Part shown: piece by piece, positions 9,956 to 19,621 of the stretch
Numbering within the stretch: position 1 is the first letter of the stretch
Layout: each line of letters begins with the position of its first letter
From: Nitrospirota bacterium
Lineage (GTDB): Bacteria > Nitrospirota > UBA9217
Direction of reading: 5' to 3'
Length of the DNA: 64,000 nucleotides
NCBI GenBank assembly: GCA_963663225.1
Contig: OY760142.1
Span: forward strand, 1,856,001-1,920,000
Made by a program: the position numbers and the translations under genes
The notes under the pieces: generated by a model
Seen by the model: only the letters and a program-made list of their open reading frames with translations
What the model was told of the DNA's origin: nothing
Databases searched by the model: none

Positions 9956-10995
9956 GAATGTGCTAGATTTGTGCTAAATTCCCCATAACTTTTTTCTAAC
10001 TGGCTTATTGCGTTGGCTAAGTGCTTTGGACTAATGTGAGCATAACGCCGAGTCATCCTTGTATCTTTATGTCCCATCAGATCAGCCAGCGTGTCGAGGT
10101 CAACTCCTGCCTGCCTGTTCCATGATGCAAAGCAATGCCTCAGATCATGAAACCTGAAATCTTGAATCTCTGCTTTTTTGAGTGCTTCCTTAAAAGCCCT
10201 TTGTAGCTGCATTGAGGTAATCTGTTTCCCATCTTCATGACAGAAAACATAAGGGTTGTCTAAGTGAACCACTCTTAAAGCTTCCTTCAAGGCTTCCATA
10301 GCAGGTGCTGCAACAGGAATAATCAGATTCTCACCGTTCTTTGTTTCTGAACCATCTAAAGAAATGGTTTTTGCAAACATATTTACCTGATTGCGTTTCA
10401 GGTTCAGAACGTTGCCTTTTCTTAATCCTGTCCATGCAGCCACGATAACAATATTTCGAAGCCAGCTATCGCACTTACTAAGGAGCTTGTGATATTCCCC
10501 AAATGAAAGATACCGAAGCCGTTTTTTATCGGCTTTTGCTATTCCTTCAATCGGAGGAACATCTTTGACCCACATCCAACGTTTTTTAGCCAGATTGAAC
10601 ATCCGTTTTAGGATATTCAGTTTTCTAACAATCGTTGCAGGTTTATCGCCTTCACTTTTTCTCTTCTGCTTAAAATCGTCTATCAGAGCAGGATTGACTT
10701 GGGAAAGGGAGTAAGAACCAAAGAACTCTTTTAACTGCTTCAGGTAGCTTTCTACAGATCGCCAGCTTTTAAGCTCTTTGAAATCCGTAGACTCGTATTT
10801 CTCGACAAGTTCTAGAAAGGTTCTACTACTTCCCTCATCAACATCTAACCATTTACCCTCGGCAATCTGGGCCATGACTTTGTGATAGATTTTCTCAGCT
10901 ATCTTTCTGTCATTTGTGCCAGTAGGCTTTCTGATTTGCCTGTTCTGATAATTAAATCTCATCCACCAGGCTTGGCCTCGTCTGTACAGTCCCAT
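9925..10995 (-). CDS. Tyrosine recombinase / integrase
   Basis: TGLRKGN, FHDLRH, LMGHKD, RRYAH catalytic residues; N-terminal arm-binding-like region; next to att. Confidence 0.95.
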   Translation of the reverse strand: MGLYRRGQAWWMRFNYQNRQIRKPTGTNDRKIAEKIYHKVMAQIAEGKWLDVDEGSSRTFLELVEKYESTDFKELKSWRSVESYLKQLKEFFGSYSLSQVNPALIDDFKQKRKSEGDKPATIVRKLNILKRMFNLAKKRWMWVKDVPPIEGIAKADKKRLRYLSFGEYHKLLSKCDSWLRNIVIVAAWTGLRKGNVLNLKRNQVNMFAKTISLDGSETKNGENLIIPVAAPAMEALKEALRVVHLDNPYVFCHEDGKQITSMQLQRAFKEALKKAEIQDFRFHDLRHCFASWNRQAGVDLDTLADLMGHKDTRMTRRYAHISPKHLANAISQLEKSYGEFSTNLAHSKEKELQQMP

Positions 10996-11309
10996 TAAAC
11001 CTCCTTCCTGAGACCTTGCATTTGGCCTGGTTTCCCGTTGGATGAATTATACCTTGAGTTCTTAACACTATCAATGGCCTGTTTAACGATATTATCTATA
11101 CCCAAAACATTGCCTTTATTTGGGATTACGGTGGGCTCAGCTTTAAATTTACGAGACGACTTGATCCAATCTATAACCTCTTCCATATCAAAGCGAATTA
11201 ACCCATTCAGCTTATGAAAAGGGATAGTTCCTTGATGCACCCACGAGTAAAGAGTAGATACCTTGACCATGAGAAACTCAGATACTGTTTTAATGCTTAC
11301 CAGCTTCAT
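10995..11309 (-). CDS. Excisionase-like helix-turn-helix protein
   Basis: IKTVSEFLMVKVSTLYSWVHQGTIPFHKLNGLIRF; translationally coupled to int. Confidence 0.85.
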   Translation of the reverse strand: MKLVSIKTVSEFLMVKVSTLYSWVHQGTIPFHKLNGLIRFDMEEVIDWIKSSRKFKAEPTVIPNKGNVLGIDNIVKQAIDSVKNSRYNSSNGKPGQMQGLRKEV

Positions 11310-11310
11310 A

Positions 11311-11622
11311 TCAACCCTTGTGCTTCCTTTTTCTGTCTTCAGTAAATATTTCTTTATACCATTTGGTACGTTCTTTACTTGGTGCTACGAACCAATAAAC
11401 GCCTTTCTTGCGAGTCTCGTTAATTAATTCTTCTCCGGATTGACCCCGTCGCTCCATTTCTGCGAGTTTGACTTCTTCCTTGGCCTCTTTATCTGTAATA
11501 ACCTTGCCTTTGAAGATACGACAAACATCTTTAGCCGTAATAAAAGGCTGTTCCGGTTCAGGCTTGAATTTAGTAAACAAATCACCTTGTTTGTGGGGTT
11601 TTTTCTTCATGGATAGCCTCAA
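11311..11622 (-). CDS. Hypothetical protein of island core
   Basis: ORF coupled between rep and xis; no recognised motif; start uncertain. Confidence 0.6.
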   Translation of the reverse strand: MRLSMKKKPHKQGDLFTKFKPEPEQPFITAKDVCRIFKGKVITDKEAKEEVKLAEMERRGQSGEELINETRKKGVYWFVAPSKERTKWYKEIFTEDRKRKHKG

Positions 11623-12761
11623 AACGGTACTTCGTCATCATCAGGTTTATTGAACAGTTTCTTTTTAAGCTTTATCTTCTTACTCACATAATCCATACTG
11701 TCAGTAAAGCCGCTAGTGCCTTTATTTTCATTCAGAAAGCTTGCGTCTAGGTAAGCTCCTGCATCACGCAAGAAACTTAACGCAGCAGCTGATAGATTGG
11801 ATTCGTCATAACCGTATAAAGCCGCATATGCGAGCAGATACCCAAGACCGTTAACAAATAGCCTTTTCATGTTAGGAAACCTTGATTTGCTTATGTCGCG
11901 TTGTATCCCGGTATATCCGCCATCAACAAACATGATTTTTTGTATTTCTGACCATACAGGAGCGGTTTCCCAGCGGCTTCTATTTACGTCTCCGTTATCA
12001 TCAGCCAGTTTAAGCCAATCATGAGTGCAATATCTCCAAATATCATTAATCTTGTTCGTAAGATCAGGTATTGTTAAAGCACCTAGTTGAGATAAAACCA
12101 GCCTTTTAATCTCGAATTCAAGACGCATAATCTTTTGTCCTTCTGTCCAGCCTTGTTTTGCCCAAATCTCCTTAAACCAATCCTTATGAGTCCGGATAAT
12201 TTCTATTGTTTTGTCATACAGGCGTGCTGATATATCGCCACCTTGACCGATTGACCAACCAGTAAAGTCATTATTATCCCAAAAGGCATTAATACGCCTT
12301 GCAGGTGAAATCCATTCTTTATTGTCAACATTTGCAAAACTCACATCAGTAATAAAATCGATAAAGATATCTACACGACTTATCTTTTCTTCATAGACAC
12401 CGTCAATTAACGCATCTATGACAGTTCTTAATTGCCTCATGGACTCATCAAGGCCCTTACAATTAAGCAATTCGCTTGAAACTTGGACATAGACAGCAGG
12501 AACCTTTTTACTTCCTGCCCCTGCTATCTGGATACGGAACCAGTTATCTACGATCACATAGCTGTATACGCCAGCCCCTTTATCTTTGACCTCAAAACAA
12601 TGTTTTCCAATAACCATTTTTGCTTCGGCTTGGTCTTGGATATCGCTTGAACGGGCTAGCTGCTTTTTAGATTCAAGATTGATTAATAAGCCGCTTTTCA
12701 ACGTTCCCCGGTAAGATAAATAAATACTGTCAATTCCCTTATGGACTACCTTAAACTCCAT
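11619..12761 (-). CDS. Replication initiation factor, Rep_trans family (rolling-circle initiator / MOB_T-like)
   Basis: GIDSIYLS, SRVDIFIDF, ARLYDKTIE (putative catalytic Tyr), MRLEFEIK motifs. Confidence 0.8.
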   Translation of the reverse strand: MEFKVVHKGIDSIYLSYRGTLKSGLLINLESKKQLARSSDIQDQAEAKMVIGKHCFEVKDKGAGVYSYVIVDNWFRIQIAGAGSKKVPAVYVQVSSELLNCKGLDESMRQLRTVIDALIDGVYEEKISRVDIFIDFITDVSFANVDNKEWISPARRINAFWDNNDFTGWSIGQGGDISARLYDKTIEIIRTHKDWFKEIWAKQGWTEGQKIMRLEFEIKRLVLSQLGALTIPDLTNKINDIWRYCTHDWLKLADDNGDVNRSRWETAPVWSEIQKIMFVDGGYTGIQRDISKSRFPNMKRLFVNGLGYLLAYAALYGYDESNLSAAALSFLRDAGAYLDASFLNENKGTSGFTDSMDYVSKKIKLKKKLFNKPDDDEVPF

Positions 12762-12783
12762 AACTCTCCTTTCTTGTATTTAG

Positions 12784-12813
12784 ACAGTGCTGTGATACTA
12801 GGCTCCGCACTGT
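12784..12813. other. Candidate rolling-circle nick site hairpin (dso/oriT)
   Basis: ACAGTGC / GCACTGT stem immediately upstream of rep. Confidence 0.5.
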
Positions 12814-12890
12814 TTTAAAACTCAAACCATGCCACAGCGAGCCCGCCAGCCTTCGGCTGTTGCGGGGCTCTCTGTGGTGATTGCTCTGAA

Positions 12891-12920
12891 AATAAAAAAG
12901 CCATGGCGATTACCATGGCT
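12891..12920 (-). terminator. Terminator for 13006-13986 gene
   Basis: Minus strand AGCCATGG-TAATCG-CCATGGCT-TTTTTATT. Confidence 0.6.
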
Positions 12921-13005
12921 AGAAAATACAATATGATGACATTAATTTCCCGGACTCTGATAGGTCTATTTTTTGTCCGTGAAGTGTTTAAGCTATTGAA
13001 AAGGT

Positions 13006-13986
13006 TTATTTGCCGTACAGAGGATAGATATGTCTTTGAAGAAATTTATCAAGACCGGAAGGATATTCAGGAGGATTTAAACCACAGTCCTTTAAGAAAT
13101 GGTAAAGTTGATTCAGCTTTAAAGTATTTAACCCCATCAGCCAGAAAAACCATAAAACAATATACGTCTCATACTGAGGAGCTTCTTTCGCTATAGGTTT
13201 TTTCTCAATAGCCCTCGCCAGCTTTTGAAAGAAAACGACATCACCGGATAATTGAGCCTTCATGAGCCTTTGTTTAACAACGTCTGTACAAAGAAGCGTC
13301 TTATCTACTCTTATGGCTTTTAAAAGTGAAGAATCATTTTCTTCCTGCAAAAGTTCGTAAATTGATTTTTGAAAGGCTATTTGTGAAAATATTGAATGAT
13401 TGACGTTCATAAAAGTATTGAGAGCTGAAGGTCTATCCAATAGCTTTACTTGGTTATTGTCTAAGTCTGTATTCTTTTCCAGGTCTTGAAATATCAACCG
13501 ACACATTAAAGAATAGTAAAAAGTGAGCGCGTCGGAAACTGCCTGATTAATAGCTTTTTCCCTGTTTTTGCCATACAATTTGGCTAGCTGTTTGGAGAAA
13601 GAAGCATCACAAAGAGATTCAATTTTTGATTCATAATATTTTTTACTTGCCTCAGGTAGTTTGCCTGCTAAAGTGAATAAAAATTTCTCTAATCTGTGCT
13701 GTCTTTTCTTATTACTCCGGTAGCTTTCAAACCTCTTAACAACACTATCTGAATCAAGATAGCCCTCGTATGCCTCATTTACAAGCCGGGTAAGTTCTTT
13801 GCCATCGTAGCCTGTTTGCCAACCAGTGCTATTTAATATGATTTGCTGAAAATTGTCGTTTATAGCAAAAAAGCCGTCATCTGAAGCACTCTTAATTTCT
13901 CTAAAAAAGCGTAATAAGGTTTTAACCGCAGCATCAAACTCAGGATCAATTTTTGATTTCCAGCTATGTTTATTGAATGAAACCAT
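13006..13986 (-). CDS. Hypothetical protein (326 aa), island 1
   Basis: Long ORF in AT-rich DNA; no recognised family. Confidence 0.75.
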   Translation of the reverse strand: MVSFNKHSWKSKIDPEFDAAVKTLLRFFREIKSASDDGFFAINDNFQQIILNSTGWQTGYDGKELTRLVNEAYEGYLDSDSVVKRFESYRSNKKRQHRLEKFLFTLAGKLPEASKKYYESKIESLCDASFSKQLAKLYGKNREKAINQAVSDALTFYYSLMCRLIFQDLEKNTDLDNNQVKLLDRPSALNTFMNVNHSIFSQIAFQKSIYELLQEENDSSLLKAIRVDKTLLCTDVVKQRLMKAQLSGDVVFFQKLARAIEKKPIAKEAPQYETYIVLWFFWLMGLNTLKLNQLYHFLKDCGLNPPEYPSGLDKFLQRHIYPLYGK

Positions 13987-14392
13987 TAAGGCAGTTTATC
14001 AAATAAACATAAAATTTCAAACTGTAATATTGAATAAATTGTTCTTGTTTTTAGCAAAATTTAACGTTATTCTTTTACGAAGTAAAAAAATATTGGCTAA
14101 TACTTGTTGATAACTGCAGATTTTGCGATCAATGTGAGTCTGCAGTCTTGATGCGGAAATCGACAACCTCTCAATTTTGATATTCCGTTTTCCTGTAATA
14201 TCAGATTTAGTTTCTTAATATTGATATCTGCCGTCATTTTTAAGGATATATCCTTTTCAAACAATTGATAAATAAATATTCTTATGATATCATCCGCTTA
14301 TATAATATTTTGTTAGCCACTTGAAAAAATACATTGAATTATTGCCCGACAAATAGTCTTCCTTGGCTATCTTAAAGACAAAAGAGGATAAA

Positions 14393-16096
14393 ATGCAAAA
14401 CCTATTAAACGACCTAACCGCTCTACTTTCCAAAGACGATCGACTTGTCGTTGAAGGAAAGTTACTTAAGAACAAAGTCATCGAACTGGCTCTTGCAATG
14501 GATGGCGATTTAATAAAATCACTGTTAAAAGATAAAGGCATCAAGAAGCATTTTTTTGCCGATGTTGACGGTATTTTGGTTTTCGACAAAATAAAATTCC
14601 AGCGTTTTGTTTCAAATAAAGAATTTCTCACAGATAGTTATACTGCGTTCAAAAACAAAATCGGCTTGGTCGATGAACAGGGCGAGTACATTACAAATAG
14701 TCAGAATGTTGTTCTTGCCTGGCCGTATAAAGATTGTGTGCTTGAAGGTGGTCAAACAAAGGAAGACCAGAAGCGAGATGAAATATTCTGGAATGAAACG
14801 CTTGCTCCGGATGAAATAGACAGACTGCTTGCTCCGAAAGTATTCACCAGATGGAAGAAACATGATTCAAAAGGCGAGCATGAATTAACAGCAGGAAAAG
14901 AGAAAATTGATTTCAAAAAAGAAAATTTAATTATTCGGGGAAATAATTTATTAGCTTTGCATTCATTACGTAAAGAATATGCACGCCAGGTTAAACTTAT
15001 ATACATCGATCCTCCATATAATACAGGAAATGATAGTTTTGGATATAACGATTCATTCAATCACAGTACTTGGTTAACATTTCTAAAAAATAGATTGGAA
15101 ATTGCAAAAGACTTGTTAAGTGACAATGGCAGTATATACATTCAGTTGGATAATAATGAAGTTCACTATGCCAAAGTATTATGCGACTCAGTATTCGGAA
15201 TAAATAATTTTCAAAGAGAAATTATTTGGGACATATCCGTGTTGTCTGGTTATAAAACAATGGTAAATAATTGGATTAGAGGACATGACACAATTCTCTT
15301 TTATTCAAAGAAAAGCGAGTCACTTCATTTCAACAAAATATATGTTGACCATAAACAAGAATACATTGATATGTTTAACAAAGAGGATGAAGGAGGGAAA
15401 TATCTTGTAGCTCACGGAAAAAAACGATATCTAAAAGATGTATTAGAAAAGGGGAAAGCAATAGGAGATGTTTGGAATGATATAATGTCATTTCAACAGC
15501 AACCTACATCTGCTGAAAGACTAGAGTTTTCAGGGCAGAAACCTGAAACTTTATTAGAAAGAATAATTAAATCAGCTACAGATGAGAATGATATTGTTTT
15601 AGACTTTTTTCTTGGTTCAGGGACAACTTCTGTTGTTGCTCACAAATTAAAGCGAAGGTATATCGGAATAGAACAACTTGATTACGGTAAAAATGATTGT
15701 AAATTCCGATTGAAGAATATAATTAAGGGTGATAACACAAGTGTATCAAAATCAAACAAATGGCAAGGTGGTGGCTCGTTTATTTATTGTGAACTTGCCG
15801 AATGGAACGAAGCATCTATTTCAGAAATAAAAAAATCAAAAACATCAAAAGAACTCCTAACTATCTGGAAAGACATTCAGGAAAAAGCCTTTATTAGTTA
15901 TAATGTTGACCCTAAAACAATAAACGAGAATATTTCTGACTTTGAAAAACTGCCGATTGAAGACCAAAAGAAATTCCTTATCGAAACACTCGATAAGAAT
16001 CAGCTTTATGTCAATTACAGTGAAATTGAAGACGATGATTACAAGATTTCGGATACTGACAAAAAATTGAATCGCATGTTTTATGGTGAGGTGTAA
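14393..16096 (+). CDS. mod: Type III restriction-modification methyltransferase subunit
   Basis: GAGGA RBS, ATG 14393; IYIDPPY motif IV preceding DFFLGSGTT motif I (beta class); QKPETLLERII. Confidence 0.93.
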   Translation: MQNLLNDLTALLSKDDRLVVEGKLLKNKVIELALAMDGDLIKSLLKDKGIKKHFFADVDGILVFDKIKFQRFVSNKEFLTDSYTAFKNKIGLVDEQGEYITNSQNVVLAWPYKDCVLEGGQTKEDQKRDEIFWNETLAPDEIDRLLAPKVFTRWKKHDSKGEHELTAGKEKIDFKKENLIIRGNNLLALHSLRKEYARQVKLIYIDPPYNTGNDSFGYNDSFNHSTWLTFLKNRLEIAKDLLSDNGSIYIQLDNNEVHYAKVLCDSVFGINNFQREIIWDISVLSGYKTMVNNWIRGHDTILFYSKKSESLHFNKIYVDHKQEYIDMFNKEDEGGKYLVAHGKKRYLKDVLEKGKAIGDVWNDIMSFQQQPTSAERLEFSGQKPETLLERIIKSATDENDIVLDFFLGSGTTSVVAHKLKRRYIGIEQLDYGKNDCKFRLKNIIKGDNTSVSKSNKWQGGGSFIYCELAEWNEASISEIKKSKTSKELLTIWKDIQEKAFISYNVDPKTINENISDFEKLPIEDQKKFLIETLDKNQLYVNYSEIEDDDYKISDTDKKLNRMFYGEV

Positions 16097-16098
16097 AG

Positions 16099-18702
16099 AT
16101 GCCTCAGACCTTAAATGATGTTTTATCAGCATTGCAAACAGCGGGCATTCCTTTCCCGAGAACCCCTAAATATATTGAAAGCAATTTAAACCCTGCCTTT
16201 GAGCTAAGACCATACCAAATCGAAGCATTTGGCCGCTTTTTGCATTACCTTGATAATGAAAAGCTCCGGCAAAAACCTGCTCAACTGCTATTCCATATGG
16301 CAACAGGAAGCGGGAAAACACTCATAATGGCAGGAGCAATACTTCATCTCTACACCAAGGGCTATAGAAACTTTCTTTTCTTCGTAAACAGTACAAATAT
16401 TATTGAAAAAACGCGCGATAATTTTCTTAATCCGCAGTCATTGAAATACCTGTTTTCTGAAACAGTAGCGTTTGGGGATAAGAAGGTTCAAATTAAGGAA
16501 GTAGAAAATTTTCAATCGCCCAATGATGATTGTATTAATATCGTCTTTTCAACCATTCAGGGTTTGCATTCTCGACTGAATACGCCGCGTGAAAATTCTG
16601 TAACATACGATGATTTTGTAAATAAAAATATTGTTCTGATTTCAGATGAAGCACACCACATCAATGTAGACACAAAAAAAGGAAAAATATCTGCGGACGA
16701 AGCAGAGGACTTGTATTCTTGGGAAACAACGGTTCAGCGCATTTTTCGATCTAATAATGAGAATCTCTTGCTTGAATTTACCGCGACCGTTGACTTGTCA
16801 GTTCCAGAAATAGCTTCAAAGTATTCAGATAAAATTATTTTTGACTATCCATTGAAGCAGTTCCGACTGGATGGCTATTCTAAAGAGGTTAAAGTACTTC
16901 AATCCGACGTAGAACTCATTCAAAGAGCTTTGCAGGCAATTATTCTAAGTCAATACCGGAGAAAAGTATTTGAAAAATATAAGAAACTCATTAAACCAGT
17001 ATTGCTTTTCAAGTCAAAAACTATTGCAGATAGCAAGTCATTTTATTCTGATTTCATTACAAAGATAAAATCACTTAAAAAATCAGATGTTTCTCAAATA
17101 TTGAAAAGTAAAGACGCAGTGTTAAGCAAGTGTTCTGCATATTTTGAAAATAACGATATAACAGTTGAAAATCTAATTGAAGAATTGAAAAACGATTTTG
17201 CAGAAGAAAAATGTATTGAAGTAAACAGCAAAGAGGAAAGCGAAGCAAAACAAATCGCAGTGAATACTCTTGAAAACAGCAACAATGAATATCGAGCGGT
17301 TTTTGCTGTCGATAAATTAAATGAAGGATGGGATGTTCTTAACCTGTTTGATATTGTCAGGCTTTATGAAACAAGGGATGCAGATACTAAAACCGGTAAG
17401 CCTGGAAAAACGACCATTGCAGAAGCTCAGTTAATCGGACGAGGCGCAAGGTATTGTCCTTTCCAAATAGACGATACTCAACTAAAATATCAACGAAAAT
17501 ATGACGAAGACCTTGAAAACGAACTTCGTATTTGCGAGGAATTGTATTATCATAGTGCTTACAATCCAAAATATATACATGAATTACACAATGCCCTTCA
17601 CGAAATTGGAATAAAAGATAATACAGCAAAGGAAATCCAGCTTGAATTCAAAATGGATTTCAAGGAAACAGAGCTCTACAAGAGCGGAGCGGTTTTTAAA
17701 AATGAGCAAATACGCTATGATCGTTCTGGCTTGTTTTTTCTGCCAAATACAATCACAGAAAAACCGTATCGTTTTAACTTGAAAACGGGAGCAGTTCAAT
17801 CTTCGCTTGTCTTTGATGATGACACATCAGGGACAATTTCAAAAAAGCAAAAAGATTTTCCGCTTTTCAGTTTTGGTGTGCCAATAATCAGAAAAGCAAT
17901 ATCCCGTCTTGAGTTCTATCGCTTTAACAATCTTAAATCTTTCCTGCCGAATGTAAAATCAATTACAGAATTTATAACTTCAAATAACTATCTTGGAAAA
18001 ATCAAAGTCGAGGTATCCGGAGCAGAGGACGCTTTAACAAACATAAACCTTGCTCACAAAGTAAATATTGCTGTTCAAATCTTGATTGATATAAGCAACA
18101 CACTTCAATCTGATAAAATTGAATATCAAGGAACAAAAGAATTCAAACCGTATGATTTTAAAACTATTTTCAAAGATAAAAAACTCAATATAGTGGTCAG
18201 AGACAGTAGCGATCAAGAGTATGGTATACCGCAATCACAAACTCTCAATCAAAATCTCCGCATGGATTTGAGTAAAAAGGACTGGTATGTTTTTACAGAC
18301 AATTACGGAACTTCTGAAGAAAAGTATCTCGTTAAATACATCGATAAAGCCTACGAGCAATTAAAGAGGAAATACTCAGAGGTATTCCTTGTTAGAAATG
18401 AACGCCATTTCCAACTATACAATTTTGATGATGGAAAACCTGTCGAGCCGGATTTTGTTTTATTTCTGAAAAAGAAGTCAGGAGATGAGACGCTTCATTA
18501 TCAAGTGTTCATAGAGCCAAAGGGCGAACATTTACTTGAACATGATGCGTGGAAAGAAAGTTTTTTTAAGTCATTAAAAAAACAGCATAAAATAAATGTG
18601 CTTTGGAAATCAAAAAAATATGTAATCTGGGGAATGCCTTTTTATAATGAAAATGTTAGAAAGCAGGATTTTGAAAATGCGTTTAATGAAATTACAACGT
18701 GA
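16099..18702 (+). CDS. res: Type III restriction endonuclease subunit
   Basis: MATGSGKT Walker A, DEAHH, LNEGWD, QLIGRGAR, C-terminal PDF..IEPKG nuclease motif. Confidence 0.93.
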   Translation: MPQTLNDVLSALQTAGIPFPRTPKYIESNLNPAFELRPYQIEAFGRFLHYLDNEKLRQKPAQLLFHMATGSGKTLIMAGAILHLYTKGYRNFLFFVNSTNIIEKTRDNFLNPQSLKYLFSETVAFGDKKVQIKEVENFQSPNDDCINIVFSTIQGLHSRLNTPRENSVTYDDFVNKNIVLISDEAHHINVDTKKGKISADEAEDLYSWETTVQRIFRSNNENLLLEFTATVDLSVPEIASKYSDKIIFDYPLKQFRLDGYSKEVKVLQSDVELIQRALQAIILSQYRRKVFEKYKKLIKPVLLFKSKTIADSKSFYSDFITKIKSLKKSDVSQILKSKDAVLSKCSAYFENNDITVENLIEELKNDFAEEKCIEVNSKEESEAKQIAVNTLENSNNEYRAVFAVDKLNEGWDVLNLFDIVRLYETRDADTKTGKPGKTTIAEAQLIGRGARYCPFQIDDTQLKYQRKYDEDLENELRICEELYYHSAYNPKYIHELHNALHEIGIKDNTAKEIQLEFKMDFKETELYKSGAVFKNEQIRYDRSGLFFLPNTITEKPYRFNLKTGAVQSSLVFDDDTSGTISKKQKDFPLFSFGVPIIRKAISRLEFYRFNNLKSFLPNVKSITEFITSNNYLGKIKVEVSGAEDALTNINLAHKVNIAVQILIDISNTLQSDKIEYQGTKEFKPYDFKTIFKDKKLNIVVRDSSDQEYGIPQSQTLNQNLRMDLSKKDWYVFTDNYGTSEEKYLVKYIDKAYEQLKRKYSEVFLVRNERHFQLYNFDDGKPVEPDFVLFLKKKSGDETLHYQVFIEPKGEHLLEHDAWKESFFKSLKKQHKINVLWKSKKYVIWGMPFYNENVRKQDFENAFNEITT

Positions 18703-18763
18703 ATCGCCTACGCTAATCCAACGCTTCGGCTAAACAATCGAGCAATAATGAAAAATCAAGTGG

Positions 18764-19024
18764 CTAAAAAAGCGGATCGAGACAGACGCCCCTGCGGGGC
18801 AACCGCTCATCCGCCGCATTATTTTCTTTTGACTTCCTGAATGCGTATCCCGTAAGGGAATATGATGCTGTTAAATTCATTTTTTTTGGTACACGCTTTA
18901 CGTCAATGTCGTACTCGCACTGATGCTGTCCTTGAACAAGAGGAATGGGATTTAATTCTTTCAGCACCTTTTCCCGATTTGATTTCGGCACGAGTTTTCC
19001 AATCCACATGTCATAGTATTTCAT
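18764..19024 (-). CDS. Small hypothetical protein
   Basis: GGAGG RBS upstream of ATG; 86 aa. Confidence 0.55.
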   Translation of the reverse strand: MKYYDMWIGKLVPKSNREKVLKELNPIPLVQGQHQCEYDIDVKRVPKKMNLTASYSLTGYAFRKSKENNAADERLPRRGVCLDPLF

Positions 19025-19091
19025 GATTCTGACCTCCGAAAATAACTACGACCGTCGAGAGGGTTGCAAACTCGCGCCCGTCACGGCCCAA

Positions 19092-19120
19092 TGTGCTAAT
19101 AATGTGCTAAATTTGTGCTA
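19092..19120 (+). repeat. Putative integrase arm-type sites (TGTGCTA x3)
   Basis: Copies at 19092, 19103, 19114 (11-bp period); same motif at 9959 and 9970. Confidence 0.7.
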
Positions 19121-19247
19121 GAAAATTTCCTAACAAGCATGAAGAGCATAATAAACATAAAATATGTAAACCTATAACTCCTTGATTTTATAAGTAACAC
19201 AGGAAACCAGGCGACAAGTCAAGGTTATTATTTTTAGTTGTTTTCGG

Positions 19248-19292
19248 CTTTCACGGCGATAACAGGGGTTCGAATCCCCTTGGGGACGCCAA
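19248..19292 (+). repeat. att core between islands 1 and 2
   Basis: Exact copy of tRNA-Glu 3' 45 bp. Confidence 0.93.
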
Positions 19293-19296
19293 ATTA

Positions 19297-19473
19297 TCAA
19301 GAGGTTAGCGTATTCGCTAGCCTCTTTTCTTTTTCAAACGTTGCAGAAACGCAGCACTTTTCTTTGGCATCCAGTACATTTACCGCTTCCCTCAAGTTTT
19401 CAGGAGAAAGATGGCTGTACCTGATTATCATCCGCAAGTCTTTATGTCCCAGCAGTTCCTTTACAATTAAAAG
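19297..19473 (-). pseudogene. Tyrosine integrase C-terminal fragment
   Basis: Translates LLIVKELLGHKDLRMIIRYSHLSPENLREAVNVLD...*. Confidence 0.85.
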
Positions 19474-19621
19474 CCATGTAAAATACTATACGAATTATCT
19501 CTATTATGATATAGTGAGTTGAAAAATGTTTAATATTAGTGAACTAGTCGAGTCCTGCGATAATAACACGCGTGTGCCTTTAATGAAGAACTTCTAATAT
19601 GGAGTAGGTAATGGGGGTGTC

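Larger units (their letters stand above)
9868..19292. mobile_element. Integrative element (island 1) in tRNA-Glu: int, xis, Rep_trans, Type III R-M
   Basis: Perfect 45-bp direct repeats, adjacent integrase, visibly AT-rich composition. Confidence 0.92.

Noticed and set aside
9701-9988. ORFs 9701-9988 and 19238-19522
   Set aside because: Spurious translations across tRNA/att sequence and antisense to integrase
14393-16096. Phase-variable mod (phasevarion)
   Set aside because: No simple sequence repeat tract seen in or upstream of mod
19248-19292. Additional tRNA-Glu genes here and at 22932
   Set aside because: Only the 3' half is present, with no D arm or 5' acceptor strand; these are att copies
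9868-19292. Complete prophage or ICE
   Set aside because: No virion, packaging, lysis or type IV secretion genes recognised
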